Shown here piece by piece: positions 8,915-18,577 of a stretch of 32,746 nt of DNA (positions are counted from its first letter, which is position 1; each line of letters begins with the position of its first letter). Made by a program: the position numbers and the translations under genes. The DNA lies in the NCBI GenBank assembly GCA_964647155.1, contig CAZYGV010000002.1, forward strand, positions 1 through 32,746. The letters run 5' to 3'. Below the pieces are notes generated by a model. It had not been told where the DNA came from and did no database searches. It saw only the letters and a program-made list of their open reading frames with translations. This DNA is from an uncultured Thermoproteales archaeon. Its GTDB lineage: Archaea > Thermoproteota > Thermoprotei > Thermoproteales > B15-G16.

Positions 8915-9892
8915 GTGAGTAGTATGAATATTCTCGTTACTGGCATTACAGGTTTTATAGGGTATTCACTAGGTCGGAAACTTGTTGATAGAGAGTTCAC
9001 CGTATTTGGTCTTGTAAGGTTTTGTTCCCAGAATAAAAAAGTTCCGGAACAAGTAATTCCCGTCGTTGGAGATCTAACAGACTACTATAGCTTAGTCAAA
9101 GTAGTTGAGGTATGCAAACCAGAGGTTGTAATCCATTTAGGTGCTCTCACACCAGTCTCAGAAAGCTTTAATCAACCGATTACTTACATGATGACCAATG
9201 CCATAGGTACAATTAACATACTTGAAGCTATTAGGAGGTACAACTTTGAAAGAACTAGACTAATAGTTGTCGCAGGTACAACAGAGATGTACAGTACAGA
9301 TGATCCAATTACCGAGTTAACATCATACAGTCCAGTAACACCCTATGGTATCTCTAAGGCATGTGCAGTAATGTATGCTGAGTACATGTGGAAAACCTAT
9401 GACTTACCCATAGTAATTACTATACCCTGTAATACGTATGGTCGTGCAGTCGTTAACCAGCGCCACTACGTAATTGAGAAGGCAATAACTCAGATGCTTG
9501 AGGGTAGGAAGGTTATCTACATGGGTAGGCCAGATACCGAGCGTGACTTCATGTTTCGTGAAGATCACATTAATGCTTACTTGAGAATCATTGAGAAGGT
9601 ACTCGAGGAGGAAAGTAAATTCTTCGAATTACTAAAGGCTGAGAACAATAATAAATTTGTCTTCGGCACAGGTACATGCTATAGAATCGATTACGTAGTT
9701 AACTTGATTAAGGAAATGATTGGTTGGGAAGGAGAAGTTATTTGGAACGTAGTTACTAGACCAAACGAACCAAAGAGAATTGTCACAAGCCCAAAAAGAG
9801 CATATAAGTTGCTGAATTGGAGAGCGGAGTACAACCTAGAGTCTGGTCTGAAGAAGGCTATTGAGGAGTGGAAAAGAGTACTCAAGGAATAG
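8915..9892 (+). CDS. NAD-dependent sugar-nucleotide epimerase/dehydratase (extended SDR)
   Basis: The Rossmann motif is ILVTGITGFIGYSL and the catalytic YxxxK is PYGISKA. The likely true start is ATG at 8924 (MNILVTG), not the GTG at 8915. Confidence 0.85.
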   Translation: MSSMNILVTGITGFIGYSLGRKLVDREFTVFGLVRFCSQNKKVPEQVIPVVGDLTDYYSLVKVVEVCKPEVVIHLGALTPVSESFNQPITYMMTNAIGTINILEAIRRYNFERTRLIVVAGTTEMYSTDDPITELTSYSPVTPYGISKACAVMYAEYMWKTYDLPIVITIPCNTYGRAVVNQRHYVIEKAITQMLEGRKVIYMGRPDTERDFMFREDHINAYLRIIEKVLEEESKFFELLKAENNNKFVFGTGTCYRIDYVVNLIKEMIGWEGEVIWNVVTRPNEPKRIVTSPKRAYKLLNWRAEYNLESGLKKAIEEWKRVLKE

Positions 9893-9895
9893 GCT

Positions 9896-10657
9896 ATGAC
9901 TAGTCAGAAGGAACTTATCTACAACCTCTTTCGTAATAACGATAAAGCCTTACTCATTGTTCTCGATGCATGTAGATTCGATATTCTTAAAGATAACCTG
10001 GATACCTTGAGTGGGTTCAGGTTATATTACTACCCAGTTAACGTCAGTGCATCATGTACTGAGGAGTGGGTATTAGGTACATTCACTGAACCACTATTAG
10101 ATGTCGTTTATGTAACTGCTAATGCGTGGGTACCGTACTTACTTAGGAACAAGAACATATTCAAGAGTATCATCTATGTTGACAGAATTAGACCTGAATT
10201 CACCAGCGTTAAAGTGCTTAAGTACATTTTAAGGGATGAGAAAGTTATTGCCCATTACGTGCAGCCACACCCACCATTCTTCACAAGCGAACTAGCTGGT
10301 GTGAGAAGTAGTGAAGTGTATAGAGTTGTTGAAGTTGAGAAAGAGCTTTGGAATGTATTCAGGTGTGCTTACACTGAGAATCTTAGGTATGTTTTACGTG
10401 CTGTTAAACGAATTATCGAAACTGCACTGTCTAGAGGCTATAGGGTTGCCTTAACTAGTGATCATGGTGAGTTACTTGGCGACTATAATCTAAGGGTGCT
10501 CTTCTATCAATTCAAGAGATTACTTAGGAAGAGAGTTTGGATTACAATTAGGAGATTTATTCCATACCTACTAGGTGTAAAGCGCGTTTTTGGTCATCCA
10601 CCTGAATTTAGAGTACCTGAACTTACAGTGGTTCCCTGGGTGTATGTATGGTACTGA
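9896..10657 (+). CDS. Alkaline-phosphatase-superfamily (sulfatase/phosphodiesterase-like) protein, putative
   Basis: LIVLDACRFD near the N-terminus looks like a metal-binding Asp region. ALTSDHGELLGD resembles the SDHGE motif of sulfatase and phosphoethanolamine-transferase type enzymes. At 253 aa it is short for the family. Confidence 0.45.
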   Translation: MTSQKELIYNLFRNNDKALLIVLDACRFDILKDNLDTLSGFRLYYYPVNVSASCTEEWVLGTFTEPLLDVVYVTANAWVPYLLRNKNIFKSIIYVDRIRPEFTSVKVLKYILRDEKVIAHYVQPHPPFFTSELAGVRSSEVYRVVEVEKELWNVFRCAYTENLRYVLRAVKRIIETALSRGYRVALTSDHGELLGDYNLRVLFYQFKRLLRKRVWITIRRFIPYLLGVKRVFGHPPEFRVPELTVVPWVYVWY

Positions 10658-11154
10658 AGAAGGGCTTAGATATAGGTGTTGGTACTGGCACAGTGTATAG
10701 CTTTAGAACTAGGCTGACAGTAGATACTGAGCCACACTTTGTAGATCTAAATAAACCAGTACCTAAGCTAAAGCGCTTAGGTGCCTGGGTAACTGCTGAT
10801 TCTCTAAACCTACCATTTAGAAAGGAGGTATTTGATACCGTAATTCTTAGTCATGTAATTGAACATGTACGTGACTGGAGAGGAGCGATCGAGGAAGCAT
10901 ACCGAGTGCTTAAGAGAGGGGGTGAATTGCATGTTTACGTACCTGGTAGATACTCAAGGAACGTTGGGCTTGATCCATGTCATATTTATGTGCCAAGCAG
11001 TTTCGAACTACATAGGTTTCTAAAGAAGTTGAGCATGAGAGTTAGATATGGCGTCGCTATTGGTTCTAGGATTCCAAAGCTAGTACGTAGACTTGCCACA
11101 CATGTAATCAACTACTTCCTTGAGGAGGTGCATGTGATTGGTGTTAAGGTATGA
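10648..11154 (+). CDS. Class I SAM-dependent methyltransferase
   Basis: Motif I is LDIGVGTG. An acidic loop (ADSLNLPF), the FDTVILSHVIEHV region and LKRGGELHV are also present. It overlaps both neighbouring genes (ATGA-type coupling). Confidence 0.8.
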   Translation: MVLKKGLDIGVGTGTVYSFRTRLTVDTEPHFVDLNKPVPKLKRLGAWVTADSLNLPFRKEVFDTVILSHVIEHVRDWRGAIEEAYRVLKRGGELHVYVPGRYSRNVGLDPCHIYVPSSFELHRFLKKLSMRVRYGVAIGSRIPKLVRRLATHVINYFLEEVHVIGVKV

Positions 11155-12281
11155 GAATAGCTATCCTTCACTATAGCCTTTCTTCACTTGGTGGTGCTGA
11201 GAAGGTTTGTCTAACCTACGTTAGAGTACTGAACGAAATTGGCGTCGTTCCTGATGTATATACGGTTGGTGAAGTTGATACCGAATTAATACGTAGATTC
11301 ATGGGTTACTTGCCTAGATTTAAAGTATTCAACTTGCTTCCCTTTAGATTAAAGTTCTTTGGTATATACCAGAAGCTTAGTACAAGTATCTGGATTCCAA
11401 AGCTCATGAACTACGACATTGTTGTTAATACGTCTGGGGTATACATTCCCTTAATTGGTCAGGAAAAGCTTCCTAACTATAGTCTGTACGTGTATAATCC
11501 TGAAGTCTTTAAGATACCTAGCAAGTACAGATCTGGTTTATGGCGACTGTACTACATACCCTATGACTCTGCTAACAAGTACACAGTTAAGAAGCTTAGG
11601 AACTGTGTTAAGATTATTGCTGTTTCACACTACACAAGACTTAGGGTTGAGAAACTTTGGAAACTGCCCAGTGAGCATATAGTCGTCATATACCCACCTG
11701 TCGATGTTAATATCTTCCTACAGGTATTCGATAATACAAAACGTGATGGCGTAATTACAATCAGTCGTTTCACACCTGAGAAAGGTCACTTATTGCAGCT
11801 TGAAATTGCTAAGCAATTACCTGACATAATATTTAGGATTTGTGGAAGTACAAAGACCCCCATGTATAAGCATTGGTTCAATGCCATTAGAGCTAGAGCT
11901 GAAGCGATGAACCTTAAGAATGTCGAGTTCTACCCGGATATAAGCTTTAAAAAGTTGGTTGAGTTAATTGCTGAGTCAAAGATCTTCCTTCATACGAACT
12001 TTAGGGAAGACTTCGGTATCGTAACTATCGAGGCAAGTGCAGGTGGTTGCGTGCCTGTCGTACCTGATTTTGGTGGAAATGTTGAGGCTTGTCCTATACG
12101 GGAACTTAGGTACAAGACAGTAGAGGGAGCAGTGAAGTTAGTAAGCAAGCTTCATTCTAAGACCGTAAGTGAGTTAGCTAGGTACAGAAGATTTCTTAGG
12201 AACTACGTTACGCGATTTAGTAGTGAAAGCTTTAAGGAAGCAATGATAACATACACGCTATCGACCTCATTGAAGAAGTAG
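11151..12281 (+). CDS. GT4-family (GT-B fold) glycosyltransferase
   Basis: The C-terminal EX7E-type region is EDFGIVTIEASAGGCVPVV. RFTPEKG is typical of GT4 enzymes. It is the last gene of the coupled four-gene cluster. Confidence 0.85.
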   Translation: MRIAILHYSLSSLGGAEKVCLTYVRVLNEIGVVPDVYTVGEVDTELIRRFMGYLPRFKVFNLLPFRLKFFGIYQKLSTSIWIPKLMNYDIVVNTSGVYIPLIGQEKLPNYSLYVYNPEVFKIPSKYRSGLWRLYYIPYDSANKYTVKKLRNCVKIIAVSHYTRLRVEKLWKLPSEHIVVIYPPVDVNIFLQVFDNTKRDGVITISRFTPEKGHLLQLEIAKQLPDIIFRICGSTKTPMYKHWFNAIRARAEAMNLKNVEFYPDISFKKLVELIAESKIFLHTNFREDFGIVTIEASAGGCVPVVPDFGGNVEACPIRELRYKTVEGAVKLVSKLHSKTVSELARYRRFLRNYVTRFSSESFKEAMITYTLSTSLKK

Positions 12282-12611
12282 GGTACTTGGACTAGTTAGT
12301 TGCTAGGTAGTGTGTAATTAGTTCGCTACGTAAGTAGAGAGCAGTTTAGTGATGAAGTGAGTGTGAAGGTGTAGGGAGTAGAGGTGTAACTGACGGATAC
12401 ATTAAAATACCTTATCGACGCAATGATTGCCCTTCAGTATAACCATCATGCTGCTCTATTGATGAGTACATGAGACAGTACCTTGACATTTCCACGTACT
12501 ATATAGCTACTTCTTCCGACATTCGAGAACACGTTTATGGCATAATCGATGAGGCTAGAGATGAGATTGCACTTCGGAAATTAATTCATCAAGCTGAGGT
12601 AAGGGAGAACT

Positions 12612-13387
12612 CTACTCAGTAAACTCCATTCTCCTGAATCTGATGTAAGCTAGGCACGTTAAGGTGACTGTACTAGCGATCAATACCATAAGCAAGGTCA
12701 TGGGGGCCTCACCTCTGAAAACCGCTGAACGTAGTACCTCAGCTAAGTATGTAAGTGGATTTAGTAGAGCTACATACCGTAGTGGTGCTGGTAACGCTTC
12801 TAGTGGGTAGTAGATTGTCTATGTGTAGATCAGCAGTAGTATAGCTACGTTCAAGAACACGTTCAATCCCTGTGGTGATCTCACTACGGTGAATATTATG
12901 AGGAAGCTCGTAGAGAATATGAGTAGCGATGCTATGGGTATGAGGAACAGTGACTTCAGAAATAACAGACTAAAAGACTAAATCTCTGAACCATTGGTAA
13001 CGATATGCAGATGAGTACTAGCGACAGTATTAGTGAGGAAATTGTTGAGGACAGTAGCTTAGCTACAAAGTACTCACTTCGAGATGCTAATGTAGCTATT
13101 AATTGTGTCAGTACTCTAGTCCTTCTCTCAATCCAGCAAAGTGAAGATGTCAGGATCGATGTTTCCAGTGTCACCATGAGGAGAAGACCAATTGCTAGGT
13201 ATTCAAGGTATGTAATCTCAACACCGTACACTCTCATACAACCTATCAGATCACTGTATGCAGGTCCTGTAACCGGAAGTATCAGTACACAAGTCAACAC
13301 CATTGTTAGACCTAGGACAGGTAGATACCTAGTGATCAAGAGCACATCCCGAATAGTTAACCTAAGTACCTTGAGCAATGTACTCAC
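12612..13387 (-). pseudogene. ABC-2 type exporter permease, disrupted by a frameshift (about 12956-12977) and an in-frame TAG (12819-12821)
   Basis: The track ORF 12956-13387 is only the N-terminal half. My translation of another frame downstream continues with SLFLIPIASLLIFSTSFLIIFTVVRSPQGLNVFLNVAILLLIYT*TIYYPLEALPAPLRYVALLNPLTYLAEVLRSAVFRG..., ending at TAG 12612-12614. That is the conserved C-terminal half of ABC-2 permeases. Confidence 0.8.
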
Positions 13388-14298
13388 CTCCTGTACATAC
13401 TAGCTAGAATGTCCTCAAGATTAGACTCTACAGTCCTGAACTCTAGTACCTTACAACCCATGAGCTTTGACATCCGGGAAACAATCTCAAAGACAGAATC
13501 AACCTCATGCTCATGGACGAGGATCTGTATGTAGTCGCCGATCATTTCAACTCTAAATCCTAAGTTCTTCAAGTAGTCACAGACTCTACTTGTTAGGTTA
13601 CGTACTCTAAGTAGTACCTTCCTCATACCAGCAATTAATCTGAGAAAATCCTGAATAGGTAAGTCAGCTACTACAACACCATGATTTACGACGATAACCC
13701 TACTACATAGGTACTCAATGTCTTGAAGTATATGTGATGTCATGAATATGGTACATCCTCTCTCCCTACCCTACTTAGCTAAGTACGTGAGTAACCTCCT
13801 CCTAATAGCAGGATCTAGACCAGTAGTGGGTTCATCAAGAATCAGTAGATCCGGTTCATGAAGTAACTCAAGTGCTATCTGTAGCAACCTACAGTAACCA
13901 GGACTTAGACTCTGGATAACCCTCCTACTCACTCCCTCAAGACCGAGTTCACGAAGTAAACTAGTGATCCTCCTTCTTCTCTCACTCCTCGATAAACCCC
14001 ATAGAAAACCATAGAGATCAAGACACTTCTCAACAGTAGCACTCTGTTCAAGTACGGTTAGCATCTGCTGAACATAACCTATCCTTGACCTAACGAGATT
14101 TAACTCATTAGGAACGGCATGACCTAAAATCTCGACGTAACCAACATCAGCACGAACAAGTCCTAGCATGATCTTGATAGTAGTAGACTTACCAGCACCA
14201 TTAGGACCTAGATAACCAACAAATTCACCACACCTAACATCAAAGGAAATTCCACGAAGAACCTCAACACCATGATACCTCTTAACCAGACCCTGCAC
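13384..14298 (-). pseudogene. ABC transporter ATP-binding protein interrupted by a single in-frame TAG (13771-13773)
   Basis: ORF 13771-14298 carries Walker A (GPNGAGKST), the signature region (LSPGYCRLL) and Walker B (LLILDEPTTGLD). ORF 13384-13743 carries the H-loop (FMTSH). The 27 nt between them read in-frame as GRERGCTIF, giving LTYLAK*GRERGCTIFMTSHILQ. Confidence 0.85.
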
Positions 14299-14382
14299 CT
14301 AATAGCAAACATATCGACACCAAGTAGGTACGTCATGTACGTAATGGAAAAGTCTTATTGAAAACGTTTTGAAAAAATCGAA

Positions 14383-14952
14383 GTGATGCAACAAAGAGGT
14401 AACTACATAGGTACTAACTTACTTAGAGAACTGTTATCACTAACTCGACTACTCATCTTACTGGAACTACTTCAAGGAGAGAAATCTGTGAAGCAACTAG
14501 CTGAGAGACTGAACTTAGCACCCTCAACAGTAATGTACCATCTCAAGAAATTGGAGAAATTAGGTTTAGTGAAGTTATCGAGAACTGAACAGAAGAGGAA
14601 CCTTACAGTTAAGTACTACAAAGCTACAGGTTCACTCGAGGTTAAGGAAGCGGTACGGAGTAGAGATGTCTTACAGTATGCATTACCGATACTACTTGCC
14701 ACTGCTCTACTCCTTGAGAAACACGTTCCCAAGAGCTTAGGTTCAAAAGCACAGGTTAGTTTTGCTGTTGCTGAGGTTGATAGTGGTAAGGTTATTGAGT
14801 TGATGAAGGAATTAACTAAACTATGTACGAAGTACCTTACTGAACTTAGTAAGTGTAGTACTGAGCGAGATACAGTACTCGTTCTCGTTACGTTAGCTAT
14901 ACCCCTACCTAAGCATTTAAGGGCGGGTACGTATTTATTTAAGAGACTTTAG
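14383..14952 (+). CDS. ArsR-family winged-HTH transcriptional regulator, divergent from the ABC operon
   Basis: The wHTH region is LLILLELLQGEKSVKQLAERLNLAPSTVMYHLKKLEKLGLVK. GTG at 14383; ATG at 14386. Confidence 0.75.
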   Translation: MMQQRGNYIGTNLLRELLSLTRLLILLELLQGEKSVKQLAERLNLAPSTVMYHLKKLEKLGLVKLSRTEQKRNLTVKYYKATGSLEVKEAVRSRDVLQYALPILLATALLLEKHVPKSLGSKAQVSFAVAEVDSGKVIELMKELTKLCTKYLTELSKCSTERDTVLVLVTLAIPLPKHLRAGTYLFKRL

Positions 14953-14981
14953 AGAGGCGATATACGTTACTTGGGAGAGTC

Positions 14982-15455
14982 ATGAGGATAGTCTTCGTGT
15001 GCATTGGCAATACGTGTAGAAGCCCTTTTGCTGAGAGGTACTTCAATAAGAGGTGTAGAGAACTTGATCTACCTCACGTAGCTAGTTCCGGAGGTACACT
15101 ACCGTACAGATATGGTATACCATACGAAGCTATTGAAGCTGCTAGAGCATTTAATGTCAATCTGAGTGATCACGTGCCCAAGTACGTAGGTGACGTAGTT
15201 AAGGTCTTCAAACCAGACCTGGTACTGACTATGGAACGTGATCTCGTTGATGAGGTCAAGTGTATTTGTGAAATTCACGGAATTGACGTACCAGTAATGA
15301 CACTGATTGGGTACGTCACAGGTATGGATGACGACATAGAGGATCCCTTTGGATGTGATCTCACTACATACCTCAAAGTGTACAGCACAATTGCCCACTA
15401 CATCGATAAACTCTTAGAAGTACTTAGCAAGAAGAGAGACAAGGTACAGTTCTAA
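14982..15455 (+). CDS. Low-molecular-weight protein-tyrosine phosphatase / ArsC-type LMW phosphatase fold
   Basis: The N-terminal P-loop is VCIGNTCRSP (CX5R-S) and a DP loop (IEDPFG) is present. I cannot separate PTP from arsenate-reductase subtypes by eye. Confidence 0.8.
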   Translation: MRIVFVCIGNTCRSPFAERYFNKRCRELDLPHVASSGGTLPYRYGIPYEAIEAARAFNVNLSDHVPKYVGDVVKVFKPDLVLTMERDLVDEVKCICEIHGIDVPVMTLIGYVTGMDDDIEDPFGCDLTTYLKVYSTIAHYIDKLLEVLSKKRDKVQF

Positions 15456-15729
15456 GACCATGCTTAGTTAAGTAGAGGTGAAATTCTTTGGTTGAGTTGA
15501 GTCAGTACTTCTCCGGTCGGTGCTGTCCTAAGTGTAGTTCAACGGAGTTCAAGAATTCAGGAACACACTTTCACGGGTACAGGTCTAACCAGATTACTTG
15601 ATTGACAAGCTTACGAGTACGTTGTTGCTTGCTGTTGTTGTGGGTACGCTGAGTCCTACAGTAAGGAAGTTATCGGTAATATTAGAGAAGGTATCAGATT
15701 GCTTGATCTCTTGACAGGTACTTAGTGAG

Positions 15730-16548
15730 GTGATTTACCTGAGTAATTGGATTGAGAGGTTATTCATTGGCTATGGTGAGTTATTCCTCAGATTACTTAG
15801 TTCAAAGCAAATGTGGGAGAGAGGTAGGAGGAGTGCTGAGGCAATTGCTCGACTACTGAAATCACTCGGTGTTGAGTCTGGTAAGGTACTTGAAGTTGGT
15901 TGTGGTAATGGTAGGGTCACTCTGCATCTTGCTAGGTACGGATACGAGGTCTATGGTATAGATATCTCACCTATCCTCATTGAAGATGGTATTAAGAGAG
16001 CTAGAGAACTAGGTCTCGATACTAAGGTTAAGTTCATTGTTGGTGATGCTAGAGAACTAGTGAAGTACCTACGTGATTACGCACCCTTCAAGGTAGTGTA
16101 CTTCATTTGGACTACAGTAATTGGGTACTACGATGAAGAAACCGATAGATCAATACTGAAGCAATGTCTAGAGCTAACTGAAGAAGGTGGGTACCTACTA
16201 ATTCTCGAACACGCTAATTCACACTTTATATCACTGATAAGGAGTATAGTACCTGTCGAAGGTGTTATCTCGTACTACGATGACCTAGTAGTTATCGAGT
16301 ACCCTGACTATAGACCTGAGAAAGGACTATTCATCAACACGTGGAGATTCTACAAGCAGCAAAACCACGACCTTAAGTACCTTGGTGAAGTCTCATTCCA
16401 ACTACGAGCATACTCACTAAATGAACTAATCAAATTAGCTGAAGATATCGGCTGGAAACTCTACAAAGTACTAGGACCAACACTTGAACTAGAATCCGTC
16501 TTCAGACCAGCACTGCACCCAATCAATGTAGTATTTAAAAAGTGCTAG
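15730..16548 (+). CDS. Class I SAM-dependent methyltransferase
   Basis: Motif I is VLEVGCGNGRVTLHLA, motif II is VYGIDISP, with post-I/III-like GDAREL and VVYFIWTT. Confidence 0.8.
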   Translation: MIYLSNWIERLFIGYGELFLRLLSSKQMWERGRRSAEAIARLLKSLGVESGKVLEVGCGNGRVTLHLARYGYEVYGIDISPILIEDGIKRARELGLDTKVKFIVGDARELVKYLRDYAPFKVVYFIWTTVIGYYDEETDRSILKQCLELTEEGGYLLILEHANSHFISLIRSIVPVEGVISYYDDLVVIEYPDYRPEKGLFINTWRFYKQQNHDLKYLGEVSFQLRAYSLNELIKLAEDIGWKLYKVLGPTLELESVFRPALHPINVVFKKC

Positions 16549-17650
16549 TACATGATCTAAGTACCCCCAGTACATCTCTTGCTGTTATCCTCAATCTCCT
16601 CTTATCGACGATAGCTCTCAATATCCAGTAGTAGATAGGTAGTTGAAATGCACAATCCTCACCAATCCACTCACACTTCTCAATAGTGGATAATCTGTGC
16701 AATCTAGCATCTACGTACATAGCTACGTTGTACCTAAGTAGGTAGCTCCAAAATCTCTGATAACTTAAGTAATCTGGATTCTCAACCACTACCTGACACT
16801 GACGTACTACCTCATCTACGGAGGTACCGGTATCTCGAATGTACTCAGCAATTATAGACATGACATCCTTTACCCTAGCATCCATGTATGGTACTAACTC
16901 CCACCTATACTCCCTCATTAGTAGAAGAACTTCTCTAGGATTTCCACCAGTAATGTACCAAACTACAGCAGGATCAAGTGGTGAATTGAGTAATTGAAGA
17001 AGCTGGATGAGTGCTTCTTTAGACAAGTTCCATAGTAAGTGAATACTTAGGTTCTTACCCCTTTCTCTTAGAAAGAGTTCTGTAGCTGTTTGATCACTTG
17101 TGAGGAGTATCGGATAGAATGTGCAGTTGTACTCCTTCGAGATGTCGTATATCTTCAAGCTGAGACTAGCAACATAATCCCTGATCGATATGCGGTAGCG
17201 ATCTAGTGACCTGGTTACTTCATCAATTATCACTAAGAAGATCTTACCTCTGACACGTAGTCTTTCGACTACATACTTCACGAACTTATACAGGTTCGTA
17301 GGTAGCTTGAGTACGGTTCCATCTAGGAGTTCGATAACTAGCTTAATTATCAGGCTCTGTAACTCTGGTTTTGTTGGGTAGAAGACCTTATCGAGCTCTT
17401 CCTCACTTAAATTCACGTAAAGAACTACGTAATCGCTTGAAAACTGAAGTGCATACGTCATTGCTCTAGCAAATTGCGTCTTCCCACAACCCCAAGGACC
17501 AGTAATTACGTGAATCCAGGATACATCCCTTCTACAGTAATGCTTAATGAGCTTCTCAAACTCTAGCTCTCTATCAATGAACTTTACTCCAAGATCAGGA
17601 ACTACGTACTCATGTAACTTACCTAGTACTTCACACCAACTCACGTACAC
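16535..17650 (-). CDS. Archaeal ATPase family (AAA-like, Arch_ATPase type) protein
   Basis: FIDRELEFEKL is followed by Walker A (GPWGCGKTQFA) and Walker B (FLVIIDEV). It starts 8 bp downstream of the radical SAM gene. Confidence 0.75.
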   Translation of the reverse strand: MYVSWCEVLGKLHEYVVPDLGVKFIDRELEFEKLIKHYCRRDVSWIHVITGPWGCGKTQFARAMTYALQFSSDYVVLYVNLSEEELDKVFYPTKPELQSLIIKLVIELLDGTVLKLPTNLYKFVKYVVERLRVRGKIFLVIIDEVTRSLDRYRISIRDYVASLSLKIYDISKEYNCTFYPILLTSDQTATELFLRERGKNLSIHLLWNLSKEALIQLLQLLNSPLDPAVVWYITGGNPREVLLLMREYRWELVPYMDARVKDVMSIIAEYIRDTGTSVDEVVRQCQVVVENPDYLSYQRFWSYLLRYNVAMYVDARLHRLSTIEKCEWIGEDCAFQLPIYYWILRAIVDKRRLRITARDVLGVLRSCTSTF

Positions 17651-17657
17651 TCACCAG

Positions 17658-18452
17658 CTAGGACTCAAGTGATTCCCACGGTATATCTACCTCAGCAGCT
17701 TCCAACCTCATCAACGTTGTTTCATACGGTTCAACACTCTCCTCCTCAAGATTCTTAACTAGATCAGGATCCACCTCAGCTAACCTCCTCATTAACTCAA
17801 GCCTTTCCTCACCACTCATCAATCTAGGATCAGTCATAGCAGCTACATAGACAGGAATACCATGCCTCAGTAGATGCTTAATAGCTTTGAACGGAAGTTC
17901 AAAGTACTCTGGTTTGGCCCCAGTTCTCTCACTAAATTTCTCGGGGGTACCAGCCTTCAAGCTAACACGAACTAGAATCTTTCTGAATTGAGCTAGCTCA
18001 CGAACATAACTTTCATCATAACCGAGAAGAACACCATTTGTCTCAAGTAGAAAGAGCTTGATTTCAGGTATCTGCTCAACAAGCTCAAGAACTTGAAGTA
18101 GGTGATCCCTAGATATTGTTGGTTCACCACCACTAATACGAACCTTATCAACACCGTGCTCTATGACCAACCTCCTCAAGCTAGCAACAACCTCTTCAGG
18201 ACTATAGTAGGTACCGTACCTCTCAGGAAAATCTCTCGAAATATAAGACCAACAGAAGTAACAACGTAGATTACAACCGACAGCATAGCCCGTAGCTATG
18301 CCACCATAGACCCAAACCACGTAAAAGTCATCGTACTTACGTAACTGTCTACCATTAACATGCTTACACACAATAGACTCAGTAACCCTAGCTAACTCAA
18401 TAGGATCAAACAATGTACTTCTTCCCTTGACCAAGTACCGAGGATAACACAT
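17658..18452 (-). CDS. Radical SAM enzyme, function unknown
   Basis: The CX3CX2C cluster motif is GCNLRCYFCW and the glycine-rich SAM motif is ISGGEPT. Length is 264 aa. Confidence 0.85.
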   Translation of the reverse strand: MCYPRYLVKGRSTLFDPIELARVTESIVCKHVNGRQLRKYDDFYVVWVYGGIATGYAVGCNLRCYFCWSYISRDFPERYGTYYSPEEVVASLRRLVIEHGVDKVRISGGEPTISRDHLLQVLELVEQIPEIKLFLLETNGVLLGYDESYVRELAQFRKILVRVSLKAGTPEKFSERTGAKPEYFELPFKAIKHLLRHGIPVYVAAMTDPRLMSGEERLELMRRLAEVDPDLVKNLEEESVEPYETTLMRLEAAEVDIPWESLES

Positions 18453-18475
18453 CAGTAATAGTCTTAATTTGGGAA

Positions 18476-18483
18476 AATATAAA
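18476..18483 (-). promoter_or_regulatory. Candidate TATA box (TTTATATT on the minus strand) for the radical SAM/ATPase pair
   Basis: It lies about 24 nt upstream of the ATG at 18452, spacing consistent with a leaderless crenarchaeal transcript. Confidence 0.4.
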
Positions 18484-18577
18484 GCGTGTTATGGCTCTGG
18501 CATCTACCTCTTCTTGACCTTTCTACTTATGAGATACCCTCTAACGTAAGTTGCGTATATAGCTGCATAGAATCCCC

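Noticed and set aside
9890-9898. In-frame arrangement TAG-GCT-ATG between the epimerase and the next ORF as a read-through fusion
   Set aside because: The epimerase ends at its family-typical length, and the next ORF has its own ATG. This is ordinary translational coupling.
12349-12393. Possible C/D box sRNA (GTGATGA ... CTGA) in the gap after the GT4 gene
   Set aside because: Only the terminal C-like and D-like boxes are present. There are no internal D' or C' boxes at the required spacing, and the 34-nt interval is too short for a two-guide archaeal sRNA.
12470-12622. 50-codon ORF (MRQYLDISTYYIATSSDIREHVYGIIDEARDEIALRKLIHQAEVRENSTQ), with a possible upstream continuation in another frame (TLKYLIDAMIALQYNHHAALLMST)
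   Set aside because: It is short, has no recognisable motif (the R-E-H spacing does not fit HEPN Rx4-6H), and overlaps the 3' end of the permease pseudogene. It could be a gene remnant, but I cannot support a call.
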